From Orbicella franksi (taxonomy: Eukaryota), in assembly GCA_964199315.1 (NCBI GenBank), contig OZ116699.1:18290001-18354000 (forward strand): a stretch of 64,000 bases of DNA, in the 5' to 3' direction. Of the stretch, positions 39,318 through 50,900 are shown in pieces. Numbering within the stretch: the first letter of the stretch is position 1; each line of letters starts with the position of its first letter. The position numbers and the translations under genes were made by a program. The notes under the pieces are model-generated. The model was not told where the DNA came from and ran no database searches. It saw only the letters and a list, made by a program, of their open reading frames with translations.

Positions 39318-41617
39318 TGCAAAAAAACAATTATTATTGACATGACGTAACTATTACTTGGTGTCTGTAAAAGGCAAATATTCCAGAGTATATCTAGTCT
39401 ACAGAATTTCACTGTAAGTGCGCGTTCAACCTCAGAAAAACTGGGCAGCTATATGGGGAGGTTTTAAAGTATTTGCACAATTAGCCAATTAGATTACCGC
39501 AAAGCCCATGACCCTAATTCCAAAACATTTTTATCGAAAAAGCTTAAAAACCAGCCGTAAAACTTCGATAATGAGCCCTCGAGTGAAATTAAACAAGCAG
39601 GGCTCGAGGTTAATGCTTTAACAACAGTACTTGTCTATTGGCTAATGGCATATCAGATTGTCTTAACCAAAACAATTGCCAACTCGCGAGATTGTCTATT
39701 GCTCAGATGCATGCTAGTAAAGTTTGTTTCAGTGCCTTAAGAACTCACAGGTTCTGGAACTGACACTGCATAAGACTGTTGGTAATGGAGCCAGTTCAAA
39801 ACTAAAAAGTGAGGTCTAGCTTTTGTCATTCTTACTGTGTTCAGCTTGTACATTTGTAGTCACAAATTACAACTTTGCCAAGTCTGATTTTCATCAGATA
39901 CTAGCCAGAGCCTAGAAGAAATACAAAATAAATTACAGGCCAAATGTGGAGTTTTACTAGTCTGTGGCTAGTTGGCTCCTGCAAGTTAGTCTCGAGCTCT
40001 GACAAGGCTTTTTTATTGGACTTATTTTTGCCGAGTTTACTTTCGGAGACTGGAGGCACGTTATCGGAAGGAGTGTTGCGCTTTGTAAATATCGGCGGGC
40101 TCTAATTAGCTGGAAGGAACTAAAAGTCTGAAAACTCAGGTACGCATAACAATATGACCTAAGGGTTCTGCAATCACAAGTTGAGAAACAAGTATCAAAT
40201 ATTTAAATGAGCGGAAAGTACAAAGTCAAGAGCCCCCAACAGCGGGGTAAGAGGCTTCATAATCCGGAGGAATTTACAGTTCTTTCGTAGACAAATCTGC
40301 AAACTCGATACAAGCATAGGCAGGCGTATTGTTGGAGAAGTGTGCAAGATTTGGGGGTTTTGGGGTTGGGGGTGGTTACTGTTGTCGGGGGAAGGGAAGA
40401 AAATTGCAGTCAAACCTGCGCTATATCACCGGACAGCTCTGTGGGTTCCACACAGGGCACATGAAAGACGTATAAGTGATTTAAAGAGTGCACATCATTT
40501 CTTGTGAAAACTTTTAATTCTAAGTTCTCTCATGATAAAACAGATAAAAGAGACGTCCTAACAGTTTAAAAAAATTCCGCTTTTCGTTAATTACACTCTT
40601 AGAATGAACTGAATGCATCTGTACTAACAATAGTGGTGAACGCTGACACGATTTTCAGTCTGCAAGAAAAGTATGAAACTACAGACCTCTTATTGATATT
40701 GGTGAAAAAATGTCACAAACGACGGGGTATCTTTCTAAAAAGTTATCAATAAGATATATTACACGGGCGTCTAAATTTATAAGTACTCGTATATACATTA
40801 CTTGGCCAGTTGGGCTAAAAAACTACAACACTGTAGCGTCGATGGATTGCGTACACCAGAATCTATTCCAACTTTCTTGCAGATTAACTGAAGTTAACTC
40901 ATAGTTACTTGAGTAAGAAAAATAGTAAAAGGAAAAGGAATTCTGGTCACCCAAATTGTAAACTTAATACCGCAATCAAGAGAACGCGTGCTGTTGTAAG
41001 TATTCTCTCGTTAAACTCAAAGAGTTTCTGAGAGAAGTTAGGCAAAACATTGTCGTTTTCAATACACAATTGCTGAAAACCCGAGTACAAGACGCCTGTT
41101 ATCCATTCGCTTGATGCCAGACAGTAGCCTCATTCTTCAAGACTAGCTTTACGAAAATGTAAAATGTACGTGTCCCCCGGGGCGTTCCCTTGGCTGGCAA
41201 GATTTCTCAACATGTTGTCTGACAACCTCACTGAACAATAAATTCTATTTGCGGGTTCATTCGAGTCACCCCGAATTAAGAATTCATCCCAATTTTACCC
41301 GTTCCCTCGAATGCAGGAATAAATAGCCGAAGCATTATCTCATCGAACAGTACAAACCAGCAATCTAACTACAGTTGAGCACATAAGAAACGGGAAGACA
41401 TCTGGGGAGAGTCTCATCCTCACATTCTCTTGCAGAGGGACCACTATTGGGGACAACATGGCTTCTCATCTATTGTCCCCAGTAAAGGCTGCACAAACGA
41501 TTGCGAGATGAAACTCGCTACAGATTTCTTCTCGTTTCTAAAGAGGCGAATTCCTTCTTCTGTAAAGTATGTACAGTCATTAATAACGTGACAGTTATTG
41601 CCTCTTATTTATTTTGC

Positions 41618-41934
41618 TTAAACACGCGCTCTTTTATCGAGTCCCGTAATATCATCTCCTTTTCTTTTTCTCGACTGACAAAGACCCGGTCTGTCCGGTT
41701 CAGCTCGCGTGACCAGTTCAGCGAGTAAGTATTTTTGTGGGGGAGGTGGTGGGTCTTGCATAAGGTACTCGGCGATGTAGTCTGGCTTTAAACACCAAAC
41801 ATTATTCATCTGTAGCGAATCCAGGTCAGACGCTTCCACTTTCGTTTTGGATAAATCTGAAAAGAAAATTAGAATTAATCACTAAACCACTGCAAACAGT
41901 TTTCAGAATGGTTATGTCACGGTGTGCTGAGTAT

Positions 41935-41971
<37 letters not shown>

Positions 41972-44900
41972 TGTAATAGTGTAATAGCGTAAAATTTTTC
42001 AAGATGCGCCACAGTGTAACATTTTAACTTCTCATTTAATTTCTTCATATCATGTCAATATAAAGGTACGTCGCAGGTGTAGAGTTACCAAGAAAGAAGA
42101 CCTTTTCTTTTACCACAGGGCTAGAATCCGTACCTAGAAATGCGTGAGAAAAGTCTTGAGTGTTCTTGAAAGGCGGTCTGAATCCTGACACTTTAGCTCC
42201 CCCAGATTCTAGCAGACGTTTAAATCCTGGTTGCCTTGATTTGTCAACGCACAGAAGAACCACCCAGCCACTGAACGCACCACAGGAATACCCACTTGGA
42301 CCGGTTTCTGAAGCAGCCTGAAAGTTGCAGTAACGTTTCCAAGTTAGCGAGAAACTCCACTTGCACTAAACAAGAGGAGGGAGTGCTCGTAGTCTATCAC
42401 TGGGGAAGAAGACTTAACTAATCCCTGGGGCCCTTTACAGGGATGTACCCCAGGGGAGTTTCCTCACTTGACTTACCGCTCTTTCTTGAAGAAGTTTGAG
42501 CCGCCATCTCCGAGCTGCAGCTGCGAGTTTATTGTGGGGTTCCCCGGGATTTTCTTGTCCCCACTCATGGGGCGTCTCATCCACAAAGAAACCTGCCTCA
42601 CGACTGGCTTCCAGGAACGACTTGTGAAGCACCCACTTACCAGCAGCCACTGCAGCCAGATACTTCTCATTCCTAGTTGACCAAAGGAGAAAATGATTAT
42701 CTACCAACGCAAAGCGACAAGGCAGCACAGCGAGTTCGTTTCCACAGACGTTTTAACGCTCTCCCTTAGCGTAACCAAAGACGTGCACTTTCCTTACAGG
42801 GTGCGACACAAAAGGGGGTCCACTTGCCCCAGACATGTGTTTTGGCCAATGGCCAAGTGGGTTAGCAAACTTACTTGTCCTTTGGAAAAGTAAATTTTCA
42901 GAAAATAACTTTAAATAGCAAGGTGTTCTTAATATGCTTTAGCAGAAAATAAAAATAAAGTATACAGTCGGGTTTTTGCAAGTGTAAAACAGATCGCCTT
43001 TCATAACAGCTACTTTGGGAACCTGAGGTTGGGAGTCAGAGTCAGATCTAGCCTTTTTCCTCGCCTTTTGTTCTTAGGCAAGATATGTTACTCTCACAGT
43101 GCTTCTTCCCACCATAGAGGCATGCTCAGAAAGAAGTGTGGCTGGAGCGGGAGGAATATAACAAGAAACTATCCGATTTGCAACTCTTACCCGTATTTTT
43201 ACTCAGACAACTTAATCCACCTAAGCTGTGACATTAATTCTAGCTGCTTCGACCGACGAAAGTATTTAATGACACATCCTTTAAACGCAAACCGTGTAAT
43301 AATTAGGTCGAACTCACCTGTTTGGTTTACCAACCACCACGTGCGTGCACTCGGGATTAAAGTAAACAGTGTCGAACACTTGACCCCCAAGCTGCTCAAT
43401 CAACGCCGAGTAATCAATCTTCTCTTGAGGCGTCATGACAGAGAGCTGAAACTTGGGCGTGATCCAAGCACGTGTTTGAGTTTGATCAAGTTCCGTGCCT
43501 TCAAGAAGGTTCACTGGTGGTGGTTTTAGAGTGTCTTTGATTTGAAGGCCAAGCTTTGGGGCTGCGGGGGTAGAGCTGGAAACAGGCGAGGGAGGGTCGG
43601 ATTTCATTGTCACGTTTAGCTCTCTTACGTGACGTTCAACAGTGTTGTTGTTGTCAGCAACCGCGACTCCAGTGATTGTAGAATCTTTCGAGACTGTTGT
43701 CTGCATGTTCTACGAGGAACATGTCCAAAGAACGCATATAGTTAGCTCGCATAAAACAAGAATTGAACCTAGATTCAAGTGCTCATAGATGTGAGAAACC
43801 AGTTAAAATTCATTGTACAGTTGATCCCCGCTATGTCGGACTCTCAGGGGAAACGAGTTCGAAATACGAGATAGTAAATGACTGAAGGGCAAATCTAAGG
43901 AAAATGGTTTAAGTTCGAAATAACGGGGAATTCAAAATAACCGAGCTCGAATTAGCCAGGTCCAACTATACTTATTAATATGAACAAAATAATTTAAGAA
44001 CGTGTCTTTAGCTTGATGAACAATCTCCAATTAACTCCGATCATGTTAAATGCAATTTAAATTGTCATCAAATTTTGTCTCTGGAAAATACGCTTTGGTC
44101 GTTTCAGTGGAACTTCAACTAATCAAAGTCTAAAACAGCTCTCTGTTGATTTAACCTTTCGTAGTTGTCTCAAGTCTAGCATGTTTGACGCATATCACAC
44201 CCACCGTGTGTGTTTTGTTGTCCCGTCTGTCCTCCTCCTCGTCTTCTGTATGGAAGTCTGGACTGGGACTGTTGCCTCTTTTGAGTTGTGCCATGATCTT
44301 CTCACGCTCCATCCGTCCCGCGGGATCGTCGTAAGTGATAGTATCACTTTGTGAGTGTTCACTGTCATCATTCATTGGCATTCGGGATTTGACCCGTGAG
44401 GAAGAGTTACTGTCGACACCTTCAACAGCCTTCAATAGAAGCAAACGAACACATTTTTTTAAAGCTTATTGGCTTGGATTTTACCGTTTGTATTCAACTT
44501 TAATGTCCGAAATTCAAAACGTATTACAAGCTGTTAGAAGAATTAGCTGTAAGACCACCTGACAGTCAATGATAAATGTTGAAGATAACAGATTGTGTTC
44601 GGTTTTTGTCTCCTCCGTTCGAAATCAAGCTCCCATTTTTTAGTTACTTTATTGCCGTTCGAGCTCTATTCTGTGTGCTTCTCGAACATTTCAGACGTCA
44701 TGAGCGATCGCTATTTTCTCAACTTTGTTTAATACAAAGAAGAGTTTCCTCGTAGATAAACGAGGAGAATTGAGCCGAGACAAAAGTAGGCACCGAAAGT
44801 GGGAGGGAGACTTGTACCTACCTTAGAACTGACACGTGATCGCAACCTTGATGAGGTCCGTCTCGTGGCCAATGACATCTCAGCATTTGCATTCGCTGGT

Positions 44901-47900
44901 GAATTGTGGGAAATGCTGCTTGAATTTGTAGATGACGTATGTCGTCTGCTTCTTCGCCTTCCTTTCGCCTGTCCAAAGGCACATAATTTTTTAGTTACCG
45001 TTTGTAAATTCCAGACGAATTTTGAGCTCTGCAAACAGACAGCAGCAGAGTGCGAAAAAAGAAATGCTGTCTACTAGGTGTTGATTAAAATCAAAGGGTT
45101 AACTTTAATATAGCTCTCGTGGTAGCGGAGTTCGCTTGTTCCAAGGGCTCGGACTGCGCTCATTTTTTCATTCGTCCGCCCACGTATTTACCTCGGCCCT
45201 CCCTAGCGACTGAAAACATGGACCAAGCTATAGCGGACTGAATTTGAGCCTGCTTAGTCAAACCACAATGTTAACGCCATTCAGTACGCGAAATTTTAAA
45301 ATGGATTTAACAGCTTATTTTCTCCTTACACAAAGGTGATGTTTCTTAACTTTATCACAAAACCATATAAAACAAACTTCTAACGCACTTTGTTTCGTGA
45401 TAAATAATTTTTAAGCCGTCATACATTGCGTCGGGAAAAGAGGAAACGGAGCGAAATGTCAGCGAGCCTCAAGAGAGTTCAGAAAACGGTCTGCAGATGG
45501 CGCGCGCTTTGACTGGTTGAAAGTAAAACCGTACGCGTTTCTGTCTAATTAGACTACAAACCCGAGCTTACTAAAATCGATAGAAACCAGGAACAAATAG
45601 TGAAATAGTTTGGACATAACCAAGAAGCAAACAGAACATCCATAAATGAATCTATTGAAGGTATGTGGTTTACGTTTTCAACAATGATAAACGAAAAAAC
45701 TGTGCGCGCGCTCACGTGATTGACTTTCGATCGATAGATTGGGGCTGCAACTGCGCAGCCAATCAAATTTTCAGTTTTCTCCACAATCGGCCAATAGCCT
45801 GTCAAAACACAGAAATCAAAAACAAAAAAATATCAGTTTTTTAGCGATATAAAGCCTTGTAAAACTGAAGTTTAGATAACGCGCTTCATTGCTTACGTTT
45901 GTTTCGGATTTACTTTGACAATTTATATCAAACGGAGCATATTAAACGGAGTTCGGCGAATCGTTTGACAATTAGTAATAAACTAAAACACATTTTTACG
46001 GCTGTTGGGTGAAGTTCCATTTTAATTATTTGGTTCGAATGTTCTTAAACGTTGCGCGTGCTTTTCGTCATAAAAAGGAGTTTAATAACGTCATGAACGT
46101 AACCAAGACAACTGAAACAGTTCGCTTTTCTCAAGAGACTTTGATAAGAGCTTAGTGCTTCGGACGTACAGGAGAAAGACAAAGAATTTTCAGTTTTACA
46201 ACATGTGTGGGTCTTTGCTATCAAAATTCGCTGGACGCGGGAATCAAGTCGCACCAGCGGATGAGTCAGCTTTCAGAAAACCCAAACGAGTTCAGGGAAA
46301 AACAAAACTTGCGGAGGAGACAACATCAATCCGCGAGTCCAGTCCGGTGGATAAATTATCAATCTGCGAGTCCAGTCCTGTGGATAAATTATCACGCAGC
46401 GACTTGGGAGTTAAGGAAAAACCAAATGCGGCATCGGTAAGAAACTCAAAAGAAGCATTTGAGGCGGAAAGCTCCGCAAACAGTGAAGCGAAGGGAATTC
46501 AAGAATCGTCACCCGGTAATGAAAAAGATGCCGAGGCAAGAGCCATGGACAGTGCGGCAGCCATTCTGTCAGCACAGAGAGCCATGGGTTCAAGTGACAA
46601 GAAGATACGCGCAATGCAGAGCGCTAAAGAAATTTTGGAAGCTCAGATTGACAGCGGGCCTTCAAGTTCCACCACCATCGCTTCCCAGCCTGTGAGTTCC
46701 ACGCGATCAGTACTCATGGGTGCAACCTCAAACGCCATTGCTTTTGAAGTCCTTGTTGGGCAGAGGCCAACAGCCCGCCCTTTAAGCAGGGTTCCACGGC
46801 GCCTAAGCAAGTTGGAGAGCCAGCCAAGAGCGTCAACAAAACAAGTGAATGCTAAACTTCTGGCTGCAGAAGAACGCAAACTCAGAGAGCTGGAAAACAT
46901 CCGAGCCCGCGCATCCAGCAGGGCAGGAGGTAACAGACCACACCCAGCAGAGGCTGCTTCCAAAGCTACTGCCCAGAAAATTGCTTCCAAGCAAGCTGTC
47001 GCCGAGAGAAACAGGAATGACATGATCGCTTCAAAGAAGCAATCCGGAAATAAATCTTCAAGAAAACGGAACAAGATTGCTGCTTCCCAGGCTTCCGCCA
47101 AGGAAGAGCTGCAGTCCGCCATTGAACAGAAAATGGAGAAGGCTGCGCAAAGGAAGGCGGCGAAAAAACAACAACGACAAAATCAGAAAAACCTGAGAGC
47201 AGAGCGCACGAGGAGAGTCAGAGAAAACGTAAGTCGCTATTTTCTAGACGTTTGACAAGCCATTCTTTAAGCTAACTTTCGCGCCTTTTCTTGAATTTGC
47301 CAGATTGAACGCATGTTAAGAGAGGAGGAGAAGGAAGTACTTGAAGATCTTCGGGAACTGGAAGCAGATCAAGCTTACTGTGCCTCTGACAGCGACGAGT
47401 CGTGGGGAGATAAAGATGACACCGTCGTCTACGAGTGGGAGGACTTCTTCCAAGACTAATTAGTCCATTAGGACTAATGCCCTGTCAATAACTGACAGTG
47501 GCTCTGAACGTGAAAGCGAGCATAACGTCACGGAGAATTTACGATACAAAAACTGAAAAAAGAGGATTCCAAATCACGTACTTGTCTCAAAATTCTAAAT
47601 GCTAATTCTGAACTTGGTAATTCATCAACTGTGAACTGATTAACAGAGAGAAAACACGACGAGGAGTCGTGATTCCAGAGAACGGATGTTACCACCTTCC
47701 AGTCCAGCTGTCTCTCATCAATGCTTAAATCACTTTACACTGAAGTTAATCTGTGCTCTTTAACAACACTTGATTGAACTACTGTAGCAACATTTTCATC
47801 CCCCCTCCCCCTCTCTGTAATGCGTCCCCTCCCTTTCCCCTCCACGTACATTTGTGACGTGTGTTAGTGTTACAGTAGTACAATTAGTTTCCTCTCGCTA

Positions 47901-50900
47901 TCCTGGCCTAATAATGTTTGCTTGTTGAGACATAACGTGAAGCGTTGTTAAATAAACAAACAATGTGTGAGCCTCAATTTGTGTGGTTTTATTGTGCTTA
48001 ACCAATCGTGCGGTTTCTTTGTCTGTGATTTTCAAATTGACCATTTCCCAACTTGAATTATGATGTAAGGAATGACTCTTATTTTAGGGGAAAATGGAAA
48101 TGATTTTCCGGCTAGTAAATCCTAGGTAGAGCTTACTCAAAGGGCAATGTCGAAAATTTGTTTTCTTTGCACCCTGTGAACTATTTTTGTTGTTGGATAT
48201 CCATTACCACTAAGACCCTTGTCATTTCACCAAGATGAGTTTTCCTCTTTCACACACTTTTTCTTCAATCTCTGACGACAGGTAGTTAATTATGACGCTG
48301 TTTAAATTGAGATCTCTATTCAGCAGAAAGAAATCGTGTTTACAAAAGTAATTAAAGCTCACTCACAAGAAAAACAATTGATACAAGCTCTTGGAATAGC
48401 ACTTAGAAAGAAAAAGAAAAAAATCTGCATTCACAGCTGTAGTTACCTTGGTAGCATCCATGATTGCCTCCAGCTGTCGTTTGAAATCCTCCCGTGCTTC
48501 TAAAGACTCTAATGTTGCTGGTCCCATTTGGGGATCCTGCTGTACTTGCTCCTCTTCAGTGATCCCCTCTGCCACACCCTGTTCAACGCTAGGTAACTCA
48601 CTTGATCCATTGTTTGTCCTACTTGGCTTTTCGGAGCCATTTTCTTCACTCACACCACTTGCCTTTGCTGTAGGCGACTTTCCTTTCTTTTGTGGTGACA
48701 TATCTTGTTCAAGTGTTGACTGAAGATTTTTACAATGAAATGAGGTCATTAATAGTCCACTGCACATTGTTGTAGTTACTTTTAAGAACAGAATAATAGA
48801 CACATAGAAGATCTGTACAGAACACACACAAATAACATGATGATGTATGGGTATGCAGGCTAGAGTCCCACAAAGCCTGTCATACATGCAGCTTCAGTAG
48901 TATAAGACAACTACACGTATGGCTTTTGCTACACCCTCTGGAAGGAATGCTAGTCCATCATAGGTCCATTCTCGCCCTCAAAAAAATTGTTACACGCAGA
49001 CTGCCCTAACTATTCTCCTAACTAGACTCCTGGATGGAGAGACACAGAGTGAAGTATGGTGTCTTAGCAAAGAACACAACAACACTGAGTTCACTCTAGA
49101 TCATTGTACCTCATTGTACCTTGAGTGGATGTATAAACAGGCAAATACAGTAAACTGCACAATTTAAATCACAATACTCACTGCTTTGGATGATCTTGTC
49201 ACTCTTCTACCTGTCGTTACCACAGGGAGATTTAATTTGGGATTGAATGTGTGCGGATACATGGCCTCATCAACTCTTTCATTTTTCTCCTGGCAGACGT
49301 ACAGCCAATGAGGAGACACAATGTGAATGCCGCGATCTTTTGCTAGGGTGTATTCCTTTGTTTTGTCATTGGCTGAGCCCTGATAAGGATCACAATAATC
49401 ATATTTATAAGTGCCTCAGCAGTGCAAATAGAAAATAGAAACATTGAAAAAGAAGTACATGTATATACCAAAGACGTATTACTACTATCAAGTACACTTT
49501 TTTCTAGACTACCAAAGAGTGAAAGCGTAAGCACGACAAATACAAATAACCAAATGAGTTAATGAGGACTCTACTTCAAAACATGCAAACCACATGTACA
49601 AGTACATGCACTGTCAAATACAGGATAAGTGTGCTTAAACTGAGGTATGGGTGACTTGAACCAAGTTATCTGATAGATAACCTTTGAGGATTGTACAGTA
49701 AACTGTATTTCTTGAACAAATAGTATTCCATATAATTATGTGTTATTTCTAAGCAGATGGTGCAATATCACAGTTACTAATGAGCCGTGATCTCCACCTG
49801 GCAGGTGCACCCATGTGAATAGCAAATGAGATGAATCTGGGCAAGCAATTTAAACTGGATAAATTGGATTAATTCTAAATAAATGAATTGTCAACCATTA
49901 TTGCAATTAGTATTTTTAGTGTTTGTAAGTTTGCAAAATATAAACAGAAGGTACTAGAGGAAACAGCCAAATTAATCATTGTTTCTCTGCAAAACTATCT
50001 TGGAACAGAAAAGAAACAGAAAAACATTACTATTCTCTCACTTGGTGAATGAGATGAGTGCAGGATTCATCATAAAGCCAGCGATAATCAGCACCAAGAG
50101 ATGAAGCCAAGGTGAACAGCTCTGTCTGTTGCTGAGTCAACTTTTTACTGATGGATAAAATAATTCCAGCAAGAATTCCTTTCTGAGGAGATTCTCTCTG
50201 TTCCTATAAAATAACAGCTTGTTAACATGTGAAGCTTCTGTCGCCTGTTAAAGCAACATTTCTTACCTGTTCACAAAGACTACATAATGGGTTACAGTCA
50301 AACCTGTATACAATGGTCACCCTTGCGAAATAGCCAGGTGATCGTTATATACAGGGTGACCGCCGTACACAGATTTCCTTTAAACTCCCCTGGAAGTCAA
50401 TAAATAGCATTTTTATGTGCAAATGATCATTCAATTTACGTTTTAACGACAATAACGAGTAACAGTAACGCAATAAACATGACAAAAAAGGCACATAAAA
50501 TGTCCGTGGTGTACTTTAAGGGAGGTGCAGTATACTTTGATTTAAGTCTCCTGTGAGTGGCTGCATCGGACTGAAGCTGATAGAAGAGAAATTTGATGCC
50601 GAGCGCTGTCTTGGTTTATAAAACAGTAGCCTAATACAGTGTAAAGCCGCCGCTGTCAACTTGATAAGTACCGCAGTACAGTTTTATAATCTGGGAACTA
50701 TGACGAAAGTGAAAACAGTGTGGTACGGTTGTGTTGTTACAGTTACACTAGCTAACTATTGTTTGAAAGCGACGATACTTTAAAGTTATCTGCTGCAAGC
50801 ATGTGTTGGACATAGGCGATGACATGTATTAGTAGTTGTGTTTAGTACTAATATTTGCATTTTTGTGAGAGCCCTTGGTGGCTACTATTTAACGAGCGAA

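Noticed and set aside
43029-43529. 166-aa plus-strand ORF, and similar ORFs at 52948-53286, 55121-55552, 57291-57596 and 58005-58380
   Set aside because: Antisense to TOPBP1 exons, with no splice or start support.
46411-47122. Minus-strand ORFs 46411-46614 and 46643-47122 as extra TOPBP1 exons
   Set aside because: They are antisense shadows of the nested gene. TOPBP1 exons 48447 and 44968 already join in phase 0.
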